From an uncultured Gemmatimonadales bacterium (GTDB taxonomy: Bacteria; Gemmatimonadota; Gemmatimonadetes; Gemmatimonadales; GWC2-71-9), in contig CAWJIM010000023.1 in NCBI GenBank assembly GCA_963842945.1, positions 288,001-352,000 on the forward strand: 64,000 nucleotides of DNA, read 5' to 3'. The translations under genes and the position numbers were made by a program. This document shows, one piece after another, positions 10,341-21,113 of this stretch (within the stretch, counting starts at the first letter, position 1; each line of letters opens with the position of its first letter). A model generated the notes under the pieces. The model made no database searches and was not told the origin of the DNA. It saw nothing but the letters and a program-made list of their open reading frames with translations.

Positions 10341-11024
10341 TCAGCGCCATAATCCGGCCATCGTCAGCGTGGCTCGCTCCAACAACTGGTGAACCTCGTC
10401 ATCGTCGACCTGGGCGAAATCTTCATACCAGTTGCCCACGGCAAAGAAGGGCTCGGGTGAGATCAAACAGATCACCTCATCGGCCTCGCGCTTGAGCGCG
10501 GCACAGGTCTCGGCCGGAGCGACCGGTACTGCCACTACCAGATGCGCTGGCTCCTGGACTCGAATGGCGACTGCCGCGGCGCGCATGGTGGACCCGGTGG
10601 CCAAGCCATCATCCACCAACACTACTGTCCGATCGCGTATGATCGGGTGCGGTCTGCCATCCCGGTATGCCTCTTCCCGGCGGTCCAGCTCCTCCTGCTC
10701 CCGGGCAGCAATGGCCGCGATGTCGCGTTCGGTGACGGCGAACGCCGCGATGACTTCATCACTGAGGATTCGGATTCCGCCAGGAGCGATCGCTCCCATG
10801 GCGAGCTCCTCATGTCCGGGAACGCCCAGCTTGCGGACCAGCATGACGTCGAGGGGAGCGTTGAGTGCGCGGGCCACCTGGTAGCCGACCGGGACGCCAC
10901 CCCGGGGCAGAGCCAGAACCAGCAGCTTCGAGCGGCCCGCGTATCGCTCGAGGGCGGCCGCCAGCCGGCGTCCAGCCTCTCCGCGATCGCGGAAGCGGAC
11001 AGATACTTTCATCGAACACTCCAC
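10341..11024 (-). CDS. Phosphoribosyltransferase family protein
   Basis: FRDRGEAG, LALPRGGVPV and VVLVDDGLATGST (PRPP loop); start may be ATG 11012. Confidence 0.9.
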   Translation of the reverse strand: MECSMKVSVRFRDRGEAGRRLAAALERYAGRSKLLVLALPRGGVPVGYQVARALNAPLDVMLVRKLGVPGHEELAMGAIAPGGIRILSDEVIAAFAVTERDIAAIAAREQEELDRREEAYRDGRPHPIIRDRTVVLVDDGLATGSTMRAAAVAIRVQEPAHLVVAVPVAPAETCAALKREADEVICLISPEPFFAVGNWYEDFAQVDDDEVHQLLERATLTMAGLWR

Positions 11025-11124
11025 CAGCCCGCGAGATGTGGTGGAACTTACACGTTTTGAAGCCGCGGACCCGAGCGTACATTGTGACTCCGGATTTCGA
11101 GGCGACCCCCAACCCCCGGAGCTT

Positions 11125-11439
11125 GTGACTGATCAAGGCATTCTCTATGAAGTCACCCTGCAGGTTGAGCCAGCCCTCGCGCCTGCGGTCGAGCACTACA
11201 TGAGAACCCATCATATTCCCGTCATCCTTCGGACCGGTTGCTTTTACCACATTCGGTTCGACTGGGCCGCCGAAGGAAAGTTTCGCACCAGTTATCGAGC
11301 CCACTCTCCTGCCGACCTCGAGCGTTACCTCCAGGACCACGCTCCCTCGGTTCGGGCCAAGTTTCAGGCCGATTTCCCGTCCGGCGTCGTCTTGACTCGG
11401 GAAACTTGGAACCCGCGCCAGGAATGGCAAACCGAGTAA
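11125..11439 (+). CDS. DUF4286 family protein
   Basis: ILYEVT, YMRTHHIP.IL.TGCF, LERYLQDHAP..RA.F pattern; start uncertain. Confidence 0.7.
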   Translation: MTDQGILYEVTLQVEPALAPAVEHYMRTHHIPVILRTGCFYHIRFDWAAEGKFRTSYRAHSPADLERYLQDHAPSVRAKFQADFPSGVVLTRETWNPRQEWQTE

Positions 11440-11465
11440 CTCCGATTTTGCGTTATCTTCTGAGG

Positions 11466-11958
11466 ATGCTGCGCCCCTGGCCCACCGCCCTGATTCTTCT
11501 CCTTGCTTGCGGCCGCTCTGCCGACCGACCCTCCGCCGGGGCGGCTGCCTGTGGGTTGGCGTCACTGGCCGGCCCCACGGCGCTGCTGGGCCAGTTCAGT
11601 CTGCCCGACCAGACCCTCGGCCAGCCCACCGAAGCATCTCCCCGAGAGGCTGGTGGTGCGACTGGTAGCGGGGCCCGCCTACCCGGCGATCGTGGGACGC
11701 TCCGATTCGTTGTGGGTGATTGGAGTCGAGGGCGCGTTGCCTTCCAATGTGAAGCCCGGGTTTGGCGTGTTGGTGCTGGACCGAAGCGGCAAGACGCTGG
11801 GTACCATGCTCTACGAGGGAACCCCGGTGGAAGGTGCACCCGAGATAGGCACGGTATCGGTGGGAAACACGACGGTGCCGCTGATCGGCATTCAGCTCGA
11901 CCCTGCCAGAATTGAAGATCCCCGCTGCCCGTTCTTCCCCGATTCGGTGATTCAGTGA
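11466..11958 (+). CDS. Hypothetical lipoprotein (frameshift near 11625)
   Basis: Lipobox LLAC after ATG 11466; continues in the 11503..11958 frame. Confidence 0.55.
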
Positions 11959-12690
11959 CGGCGCCGCGGATTGGCGGTGAGCGGCGTGGTGCGGAGCTGG
12001 GATGGGGCGGACCGTACCGGGGTCAACGCCGCCTACGTTCGAGCCGTCCTGATCGCCGGGGGTGTCCCGCTGGTGCTGTCGCCGCTGATGGGCACCACGA
12101 TGGCGGCTCGAGCGCTCGATGGGATCGACGGGCTGCTGCTTACCGGTGGTGAAGACATCGACCCGGCCTGGTACGGTGCCGATCCTTCTCCTCACCTCGA
12201 TCCGCCCAGCCGGGAGCGCGATCTGTTTGAGCTGGCGCTCTTTGCGGTGGCCCGGCAGCGCCGGATCCCCATTCTTGGCATCTGCCGCGGTATTCAGCTG
12301 ATCAATGTGGCGCTGGGTGGTACACTGTTTCAGGATCTCCCATCGGAGCGAGCTGGCCCGGTGGAGCACCGCCCTCAAGGCCCGCGCGACGCCCGGAGCC
12401 ATCGCGTTCGGCTGCTTCCCAAGAGCCGTGCGGCCCAGGCGTTGGGGACCAATGCGGTCAAGGTGAACTCATCTCACCATCAGGGTATCAAGGAGCTGGC
12501 GCCGGGCCTGGTGGCGAGTGGCTGGACCGATGACGACCTGATCGAGGCGGTGGAGAGTCCCGCCGGGACTCCCTGGCTGCTCGCCGTTCAGTGGCATCCG
12601 GAGGAGATGCACGCCGACGTCGAGGCCGCCGGACCACGGGCTGTTTGCCGCACTGATGCAGGAGGCGGAAGGAACTCGGAGTGGTTTAGT
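11955..12690 (+). CDS. Peptidase C26 / gamma-glutamyl-gamma-aminobutyrate hydrolase family (frameshifted, 3' end uncertain)
   Basis: LLLTGGEDIDP, ILGICRGIQL, VNSSHHQ and AVQWHPE (Cys-His-Glu triad). Confidence 0.85.
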
Positions 12691-13385
12691 GGACGAAGGA
12701 CGGGAAGAGGAGCGCGGTCACTCACGCCGTTCAGCGCACTCCGTAAGGCGGGAAAACGTTCGGCCGCGGTCCGCAGCACTTCGTCCAGTCCGTACTGGTG
12801 GGCCAACGCGTGGTCGGAGGCCAGACCAAACCCCCGGCTTCCCAGCGTCTCGTAGTAGCTGACATCCGGGCCAGCTTTGCGCAGGCGCCGGGCGGCGATA
12901 TAATCGGGAAAGAGGCCGGTCAGCCAGAGCGCGTAGTTGCCCAGGTGTACCATCACCTTGAAGCGACGATCTCCCACGGTCGCCTCAAGGTCGGCCAGAA
13001 TGTCTATCAGGTAGCGGTGGCGCTGGTCGTCGTTCCAATCGACGCGCCAGGCCCGGTCGCGCTGGCCAAACTCGAGCAGGAGCGCCGACAGATAGTCGGC
13101 CAGATCCCGGTCTTCGAGACCGGAACCGAGCAACGCATGGCGGATGACCACGTAAAAGAACAACGCTTCGGACGGCAGCAGCATCGAGCGGACGGTTAAC
13201 AGCCGCTCGAGAAGATCAGGAGCATCGAGCAGCGCGTCTGGACCTTCGGTGGTCAGGCGCCGCTCCAGGTAGGCCCGTCGATGAGCCGAACCCCGGCTCA
13301 AGAGCAGGATCACCAGCTGCAGGTCTGCCGCAGTCAGGCGGCCCCGCGTATTCGCACGGATCATGACGCACTCCTCCTTCAACAA
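12686..13385 (-). CDS. Hypothetical protein
   Basis: Long ORF with coding-like composition (LADYL..LL.EF, GNYALWLTGLFP.YI, YYE..G..G); likely frameshift near 12715 gives ...LLFPSFVH* at 12686. Confidence 0.65.
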
Positions 13386-13405
13386 AACTCGCGCCTCAGA
13401 CAGAG

Positions 13406-15400
13406 GTGCCTTCCTCCGCTGACACTGGTCTGGAGCTCGTCCGCCGGCTCACCGCGTTCGGTCAGGAGGTGGCGGGAACCCTGCGCCGGGCTTCCGTCAT
13501 CGATCTCCTGGTCCGCCACGTTCGGGAGAGTCTCGACGCCCAGCGAAATCGCCGTGGCCCTCTTTCAGCAGACGGAGACCATCGACTTCGTCCTGGGCTG
13601 GCCTCCGGGCCGGGCGAATCCACGGCCCCTGCTGGAGCTGGCCAGTCGCCGCGGCCCTCTGCTCATCAACGACGGACTGGAGACGCTCCTTCGGGAAGCC
13701 GGCCTTGCCTCTCCCGCTGTGACGGCTGGGAGCTGGTTGGTTGCACCCTTCATCGCCAAAGAATAGAGTAACCGGAGCCATTGCGGTGCGCGGTGAGGCA
13801 GGTCGCTATGCCCCTGCCGACCTGGTCCTGCTCGAAGGATTGGTATCGCAGGCCAGCATCGCCCTGGAGAGTGCCCGGCTGATCGATCTTCATGATGATG
13901 GCCGGCGAACCTGGCAGGAAGTGGTGGATGCCATCTCCCCCGCCCTCTGCATCGTGGACCGCAGCGGGGCCATCCGCCGCGCCAACCGAGCCTTTGCCGA
14001 TCTGGTGAACGCACCGCCCGCCAGCCTGATCGGCCGGCCCTGGCAGGCCTTTATTCCCCCGGAGTGGTCGCTGGAGCTCCAGCGGGCATTGGATCAGCAA
14101 GGAGCGGGCCGGGAGGTGGAACTGCGCACCGGCGAGCGGACCTATGCTGTTACAGCGGTGCCGATTAGCAGCACCGACCGGTCCGCGGTCGTCCTCCTGT
14201 TCGACGATCAAACCGAGCGACGCCGCTTGCAAGACCAGCTGATCCAATCGGAGAAAATGTCGGCCATCGGGCAGCTGATCGCCGGTATCGCCCACGACCT
14301 GAACAACCCGCTGGCCTCGGTGCTCGGCTTCGCCGACTTCCTGACCGAGGTCCCCAACGTGCCGCCCAACATCCGGGAGCCGCTCACCGTCGTACGGGAG
14401 GAGGCGGAACGCGCATCCAGTATCGTCAGAAATCTGCTGGGCTTTGCCCGGAAGCAGGAACACCAGCGCCGGCCCACCGCGCTGAAGCCGCTGCTGGACG
14501 GCACCTTCGTGCTGCTCCGCAATCAGCTCATGGCTCACCGGGTCGAGGCCGAGATCGAGGTCGAGCCCGATCTTCCCATGCCCGACATCGATCCCAACCA
14601 GATCCAGCAGGTCTTCGTGAATCTGATCAACAACGCGGCCCAGGCGATCGCCTCCACCGGGCGGCCCGGGAACATTCGTGGTCCGCGCCCGGCGTTGGCT
14701 CGACGGGGTGGCGGTTGACATCATCGACGATGGGCCGGGAATGTCCGAAGCCCTGGCCACTCAGGTGTTCGAGCCCTTCTTCACCACCAAGGCCGAGGGC
14801 GAAGGCACCGGCCTGGGACTCTCGATCAGCCAGGGCATCGTGAAGGAGCACGGCGGCCGCATCATGCTCTCCACCGAGGAGGGCAAGGGCTCCACCTTCA
14901 CCGTGCAGCTCCCGCTCTCCACCCGATCGGCCGCCCCTCCGGAGGACGTCGGCGCCCGGGTGCCCGAGCCGCCGGTTGCGGGTGCTTGGTGGTAGACGAT
15001 GAGCCGCACATCCTCCACTACATGCGGGCGACCTCGAGGCGTGGGGGCACATACCCGTCGTCGCCGGCGACGGAGAAGAGGCACTGGCCCGGGCGACCCG
15101 CGAGCAGTTCGATCTGATCATCTCGGATCTCCGGATGCCCCGCTTCGGGGGCCGGGAGTTCTACGAGGAGCTGGCTCGCCGGAACCCGCGGATGGCGGCG
15201 CGTCTCGTCTTCAGCACCGGCGACACCGTCCGGGGCGACACCCTGGCCTTCCTCGAGACCCTCGACCGTCCCTACCTGCATAAGCCTTTCAGTCTGGCCG
15301 AGCTCCGAACCTTGCTGGCGGACGTGGTGCGCGAGAGCGGCGCAGCCCATGCCGTGCGCGATGCGCCGGCGCTTGCGGGCGACGCACTCCCAGGACGTGA
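13406..15400 (+). CDS. Hybrid sensor histidine kinase GAF-PAS-HisKA-HATPase-REC (several frameshifts)
   Basis: SEKMSAIGQLIAGIAHDLNNPL (H box), QVFVNLINNA (N), DDGPG, FFTTK..GEGTGLGL, then VLVVDDE, DLRMP, HKPF in successive frames. Confidence 0.85.
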
Positions 15401-16474
15401 GTGCGGATCGTCCACGTCGCCTCGGGACGGGAGTGGCGCGGTGGACAACGACAGGTCTGGTTGCTCGCTCGCGAGCTGCAGGCCCGGGGGGTCGAGCCAG
15501 GTCGTCATCACAGCGCTCAGCCAGTGAGCTGTCCCATCGCCTGAGCCGGGCCGGGGTCCCCGTCCGGCCGGCGACTTGGAAGGCCGGGCTGGACCCCAGA
15601 GTTCTTCCCCCGCTATTGACCGGAGCTCCACCGCCCAGCACTGGTTCCACGCCCACGACGCCCATGCTCTCACCTTGGGCGGCGTGGGCGCGTGGCTGAC
15701 CAGCTGCCCTCTGGTGGTAACCCGGCGCGTCACCTTCCCTCTCCGGCGACGTTTGCTTCTGGGCTCGGGCCTGCCGGATCATCGTCATCTCTCGAGCCGT
15801 GAGAGACGCGCTGATCGGCGATGGGCTGGATGATTCGAAGCTGGTCCTGATCCCGTCCGCCCTGGATCCCGCCGGCTCCAGCTTCCCCGGCCGTAGACCT
15901 TCGCACACGTCTCAGAGTGTCCCAGAAAGGACAGTTGGCGGTGGCTCTGGGATCACTGACCCCCGAGAAGGACCACTTAACCCTGATTCAGGCCGCCTCG
16001 CGGCTGGTCCAGGACTTGCCCGACCTGCACTGGATCATTGTCGGGGAGGGTCCGATGAAAGAGCGGCTGCAGCAGCGGAGTCGCGAGCTGGGAGTGGAGG
16101 ATCGGATGCATCTGGTCGGGGGTCTGGAAGATCCCCATCAGGCGCTGGCCGAGGCCGACGTCTTCGTGCTCAGCTCCATCAGCGAGGGCTTCGGCAGCTC
16201 GGTGCTCGCGGCAATGGCCCGAGGCGTGCCGGTCGTGGCCACTCGAGTTGGAGGGGTTCCCGACCTCCTGGTCAATGGCTCCGGCATGCTGGTGGAACCG
16301 CAGAACCCAGAGGCGTTGGCTGCCAGTGTGCGGCTGGTGCTGAGTGACGCCGTCTTACGGAAAAGCCTTGCGCAGAAAGCGCGCGCGGAGCTGCCAAAGT
16401 ACACCGTGTCCGCCATGGCAGAGCGGGTACTCTCCGTGTATCGTTCCTGCGCTCATTCTCTTGACGGCGCATGA
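15401..16474 (+). CDS. GT4 family glycosyltransferase (several frameshifts)
   Basis: GTG 15401 reads VRIVHVASGREWRGGQRQV; C-terminal EGFGSSVLAAMARGVPVVATRVGG. Confidence 0.85.
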
Positions 16475-17266
16475 TTTACATCTGTATACCGAGCTACAAT
16501 GAAGCCCCGACCATCGGGCTTCTCCTCTGGAAAATCCGCCAGGTCTTTGCCGGGTTCCCTCGCGAGTACCACCTGCTGGTACTGGACGACGGATCCAGCG
16601 ATTCGACCGCAGAAGTCCTCGAGCGCTACACTCGCGTCCTTCCACTTACGGTCATCCGGCACCAGAGTCGCCTGGGGTACGCCGAAAGCGTTGAGGAGAT
16701 TCTGCGGCAGGCAGTACAGCGCACCGACCGCCCCAAGCGGGACGCGGCGATCCTCATGCATGCCGATTTCACCCACGGCCCTCACTTCATCCCCGATCTG
16801 GTCCGCCGAATCGAGAGCGGGGCCGACATCGTGATCGGTCAGGCCAAGCTGCAGGGCGAGCGCTCCCGCACCCGGCGGCTGGTCCGCCGGCTGGCCCCGG
16901 TGCTGCTGCGGGGGGTCGTTTCGGTTCCGGGGGTCTCCGACGTGGTGTCTGGGTTTGCCATTTTCCGGCTGGTTACGCTTCGCAACGCCTTCCGGAACGG
17001 AGCCTCGCCGGTTCTGCAGACCGAGGGATGGGCAGCCAATGCCGAGCTCTACGAACGCACCGCGAAATTTGCCCGCCGGGTCGAGACCCTTGCTACCGTG
17101 GAGCGTCATGACCTGCGGCAGCGGTCCAGCCGATCGGGCGCATGGGCGCCTGCGCTGACCGTCTGGAGAGCCCGTGAGCCGCTGCGCCACCTCAATCCGC
17201 CGGCCCACGAAGAGAGGCCTGACCCACCGGGACGCCAGTCCGCAGGCGGAGGTGGCGCCCTCGTGA
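16471..17266 (+). CDS. GT2 family glycosyltransferase
   Basis: CIPSYNEA, LDDGSSDST, HADFTH; probable true stop TGA 17264-17266 after an indel (track reads through to 17673). Confidence 0.8.
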
Positions 17267-18016
17267 TACGTCACCGGACTGCTCTTCCAGTTGGCCATTC
17301 AGGCACTTTCCCCTGCCACTCCGCCTCGGGACTACCCCTTTGGGGTAGGGGAAAAACTCTCGTACAGCGCCAAGCTCGGGATGCTTACTCTCGGCTCGGG
17401 TACCCTGGAGGTGGCCTCCGTCGACACGGTCAGGGGCGTGGAAAGCTTTCGGCTGCGCTTCAGGCTTCAGGGCAAGACCATGTTCTACTCGCTGGACGAT
17501 GTGCTCGAGTCCTGGATCGGCACCTCGGACCTGACCTCACGCCGGTTTGTCCAGGATTTCCTCGAGAACGACAAGACCACCAAGCGGAGCTACGAGATCT
17601 TCCCCGATTCGGGGTTCTACCGGGAGCATGGCAAGGAGGGAAAGCAGGAAACGCCGGCGGATCCGCTGGATGACGCGGCCTTCTTCTACTTTGTGCGCGT
17701 CACCCCTCTCGAGGTGGGTCAGAAATACACCTACGCGCGTTACTTCAGAAAAGAAAAGAACCCGGTCACCATCGAAGTCCTCAAGCGTGAAAACATGGAC
17801 CTGCCCGATGGCAGCAAGGTCAAATGTCTGGTCCTGCATCCGGTGATCGACACCAAGGGTCTCTTTTCCAAGCGTTCTGAAACCCGCATCTGGCTCACGG
17901 ATGACACTCGGCGGCTGCCGGTCCAGATCCGAACGAAATTCCCCTTCGGGACCATCACCCTCAGACTCAAGGACATGGTTCTGCCCGGAGCCGCTGCCTC
18001 GGCGATGAGCCGCTGA
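17263..18016 (+). CDS. DUF3108 domain-containing protein
   Basis: PFGVGEKLSY at the N-terminus and IWLTDDTRRLPVQIR..FGTITLRL at the C-terminus; start uncertain. Confidence 0.75.
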
Positions 18017-18018
18017 GC

Positions 18019-18975
18019 GTGCGCTATCGAGAGGCAGATCTTAGCCGCATCCGAACCGTCCCGGTGGGTGAGCGGCAGAACAAGGTAGACCCTCATCTTC
18101 TCGCCTCCGCCCCAGGATCCGATCGTTCGTTTTCCGCATTCCTTTCCAGCCTTCCCGACGTTCTCGCCGCCCGAGACCTCCGGCTCGTCATCGACGCGGT
18201 GCTCCACGCCAAACGCATCAGTCGCGGCGTTGTTCTCCTGATCGGTGGACACGTCATCAAGGTAGGTCTGGGGCCGCTGGTAAATGCCTGGCTGGAGCGG
18301 GGGATCGTCACTCACGTGGCGCTGAACGGGGCCGCTGCCATCCACGACTTCGAGCTCGCCGCCTATGGCGGGACCAGCGAAGACGTGGAGAGCGGATTGA
18401 AGGACGGTAGCTTCGGCATGGCCGAGGAAACCGGGGCTGAGATGAATGCCGCAATCACAGCGGCGGCTGGGGCGGGCCAAGGCATGGGCGAAGGCCTGGC
18501 CCGAGCATTATCGGAGCGGACGCGCCTTCCCGGAGGTGATGTCTCCATCTTGCTCCGATCCCACCGCGTCGGCGTTCCGGTGACCGTACATCCGACAATC
18601 GGAGCCGAAATCATTCATCAGCATCCCGCTGCTGACGGAGCGGCGCTGGGCGAAACCGCCCAGCGGGATTTTCGCCGGCTTGCAGGATCACTACCGGAGC
18701 TGGATCAGGGTGGCGTCGCCATGAACTGGGGCAGCGCCGTGGTACTGCCGGAGGTGTTTCTCAAGGCGCTCACAGTCGCCAGAAATCTTGGAGGCGGGCG
18801 CCCGACGCACTTTACGGCCGCCGACTTCGACATGCAGCGGCATTATCGCCCCCGCGTGAACGTGGTTCAGCGGCCGACCCAGGCAGGCGGCGCAGGGTAC
18901 CTCCTAACCGGTCATCACGAAATCCTTCTCCCCTTACTGGTCTGGGGAGTGCTGGAAAAACTCGGTGAAACGTGA
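18019..18975 (+). CDS. Deoxyhypusine-synthase-like fold protein of unknown function
   Basis: GGHVIKVGL, LNGAAAIHDFE, TSEDV, FGMAEETG, GSAVVLPEVFLKAL and TGHHEI; DHS-like assignment from recalled family resemblance. Confidence 0.6.
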   Translation: MRYREADLSRIRTVPVGERQNKVDPHLLASAPGSDRSFSAFLSSLPDVLAARDLRLVIDAVLHAKRISRGVVLLIGGHVIKVGLGPLVNAWLERGIVTHVALNGAAAIHDFELAAYGGTSEDVESGLKDGSFGMAEETGAEMNAAITAAAGAGQGMGEGLARALSERTRLPGGDVSILLRSHRVGVPVTVHPTIGAEIIHQHPAADGAALGETAQRDFRRLAGSLPELDQGGVAMNWGSAVVLPEVFLKALTVARNLGGGRPTHFTAADFDMQRHYRPRVNVVQRPTQAGGAGYLLTGHHEILLPLLVWGVLEKLGET

Positions 18976-18983
18976 CGATAAGA

Positions 18984-19199
18984 TCACCCCTGAGCCCCGG
19001 CGATCATCTCTCGAACTCGTGCGGCGGTTTCGGGGGCAAAAAGCCTCAGGATCTGATATATGATGAATCCCAGGAAGGCGAACCACAGCACAGCCCCGAG
19101 TAAGCCCAACACCAGCCCGAATAGGCCGAAGACGAGCTTGAGCACAAACATCGCCACTACGGCAAAGATCGCGAATCCCAGCAGGTTCCGGATCATCAC
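18984..19199 (-). CDS. Small membrane protein
   Basis: Two hydrophobic helices then APETAARVRE; GAGG upstream. Confidence 0.65.
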   Translation of the reverse strand: MMIRNLLGFAIFAVVAMFVLKLVFGLFGLVLGLLGAVLWFAFLGFIIYQILRLFAPETAARVREMIAGAQG

Positions 19200-19266
19200 A
19201 GTTTCCTCATCTGGACGAGACACGGCGCAGTACGCCTCCACGTTTCAAATAGTTTCATAGGTCCTC

Positions 19267-20385
19267 GTGGAGTCTACCCACGACATCGTCATCGTCGGCG
19301 GCGGCGCCGTGGGTGCTGCGTGCGCCAGGGAGCTGGCGATCAGGGGGCGCGAGGTCCTGATCATCGAGCCCGGCACGGCTATAGGCCAGGCATGGAGGGC
19401 GGCAGCCGGCATGCTGGCACCCCAGATCGAGGCCGATGGCAGCGACCCCTTGCTGCGTCTCGCGCTGCGCGCCCGCGATCACTACGACGGTCTGGCGGCC
19501 GACCTACTGGAGAACACCGGCGTAGACCTGGGACTCTGGCGCGAGGGCATCGCCCGGGTAGCCCTCGATCCGTCCGACGCCGAGGCTTTGCGGCTGAAGG
19601 TGGATTGGCAGCGAGGTCAGGGACTTCCCTGCGAGTGGCTGGACCCCGGCGAGCTGCGACACCGGTGGCCTTGGCTGGGACCGGCCATCGGCGCCTTGTG
19701 GGCTCCCCAGGACGGCGCGCTCGACCCGGAGCGATTGGTAGAGGCTTTGTTGGAGGATGCCCGGCGCCGCGGGGCCACCCTGATTCGCGATCGCATCGTC
19801 GGAATTGAAACCGGCGGAGACCGCGTCTCCGGCGTCATCGGCGAGCGGACGCACTATGGCGCTTCCCAGATTGTGATTGCCGCCGGCGCCTGGTCCGGGC
19901 AGATCCACGGACTGCCGCGCGCCATCCCGGTGCAGCCGGTCAGAGGTCAAATGGCATCGCTACAGTGGCCGCCGAGGATGGCGCGGGCCATCGTCTATCA
20001 CAAGGATTCCTATTTGTTGGCTCGGGGAGGCGAGGCGATCCTGGGCTCCACCATGGAGTACGTCGGCTTCGATCCGGAAGTCACCTCGGCCGGCCTGGCG
20101 CAGATCTTCTCGAATACGCTGGCACTGTGTCCGGGGCTGGTCCGGTCGAAGGTGCAGCGAACCTGGGCCGGCCTCCGCCCGGTGACGCCGGATGGCATGC
20201 CGGTCCTGGGAGCTGAGCCCAGACTGAGGGGTCTCTGGTATGCCTGCGGTCACGGGAGAAATGGGATCCTTCTGGCCGGGCTCACCGGGGTGGTAATGGC
20301 CCGGCTGATCTGCGGCGAGCCGGCAGGTCTCGAGTTGCGGGACTTGGGCCCGGAGCGGTTCGGAGGCGTGGAGTCCGCCGAATGA
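19267..20385 (+). CDS. thiO: Glycine oxidase ThiO-like FAD oxidoreductase
   Basis: GGGAVG, AAAGMLAP, PVRGQ, WAGLRP and GHGRNGILLA motifs. Confidence 0.8.
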   Translation: MESTHDIVIVGGGAVGAACARELAIRGREVLIIEPGTAIGQAWRAAAGMLAPQIEADGSDPLLRLALRARDHYDGLAADLLENTGVDLGLWREGIARVALDPSDAEALRLKVDWQRGQGLPCEWLDPGELRHRWPWLGPAIGALWAPQDGALDPERLVEALLEDARRRGATLIRDRIVGIETGGDRVSGVIGERTHYGASQIVIAAGAWSGQIHGLPRAIPVQPVRGQMASLQWPPRMARAIVYHKDSYLLARGGEAILGSTMEYVGFDPEVTSAGLAQIFSNTLALCPGLVRSKVQRTWAGLRPVTPDGMPVLGAEPRLRGLWYACGHGRNGILLAGLTGVVMARLICGEPAGLELRDLGPERFGGVESAE

Positions 20386-20391
20386 CGAAGG

Positions 20392-21024
20392 CTACCGTTC
20401 TTTGAGGTGCACGCTTCCGCTGTGAGCATCAGGACTCACCCGCAGCTCCACCCACTCGCCGTTGAGGGCGTGATTGGGAACGCCACACATCAACCAGTAC
20501 CAACCCGCCTCTTCAGCCTCGAACGTGGTCTGGTCCGTTTGACCGGTCGTCAGACCCTCCGTGACCGAGCGGCTCATCGCGTTGCTGAAGGATGCCCGGC
20601 CTCCCTCGAGCGGGACCTTCTCTCGTTGGGTCATGACCACCAAACTGTGCACCGCCCCCGGATCATCGTTTCGCCAGTTCCACTTGACGGTCCACTTAAG
20701 GGGAACCACGATCTGGGCCTGGCCTGAGCGGAGCCCGTTGATCAGAGCCGAGGGACTGGCAGTCGGTTTGGTGACCACCAGGGAGAGCGTGACGGTTCGC
20801 TCTGCACTATCCGATTTAATCCAGCCGGTATCCGTCGCGGCCGGCGAAGAATCCGCGGCCGGCGAAGAATCCGCGGCCGGAGGAGAGACCGCAGGAGCCG
20901 ATGGCGTGGGCGCAGACGAAGCGTTCTGGGACCTCCCGGAGCAGGCGATCCCGGCCGCCACGGTGGCGGTCAGAATGGACAGTCGGACGGCTCGCTCCAT
21001 GGATTTCCTCGCATGATCTGGCAA
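20392..21024 (-). CDS. Sulfocyanin-like cupredoxin lipoprotein
   Basis: Lipobox GIAC, Pro/Ala/Ser linker, VHSLVV and AGWYWLMCGVPNHALNGEW copper-loop motif. Confidence 0.8.
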   Translation of the reverse strand: MPDHARKSMERAVRLSILTATVAAGIACSGRSQNASSAPTPSAPAVSPPAADSSPAADSSPAATDTGWIKSDSAERTVTLSLVVTKPTASPSALINGLRSGQAQIVVPLKWTVKWNWRNDDPGAVHSLVVMTQREKVPLEGGRASFSNAMSRSVTEGLTTGQTDQTTFEAEEAGWYWLMCGVPNHALNGEWVELRVSPDAHSGSVHLKER

Positions 21025-21113
21025 TGAAATAACGTCACCTGTAGCTTGCTGCCGAACCCAGATGATTAAATCCCGCTCGCGCCAGCAGTAACCTAATCTC
21101 GGGAGACTCCCTC

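Noticed and set aside
16471..17673. 400-aa GT2 overlapping DUF3108 by about 400 nt
   Set aside because: The tail is a read-through after a probable indel; GTGA at 17263-17266 gives a normal stop/start overlap.
19267..20385. Thiamine biosynthesis locus
   Set aside because: No thiS, thiG or TPP riboswitch nearby; the gene may be a general D-amino acid/glycine oxidase.
20837..20880. 18-nt tandem repeat in the cupredoxin gene
   Set aside because: Encodes an ordinary PAADSS linker after the lipobox.
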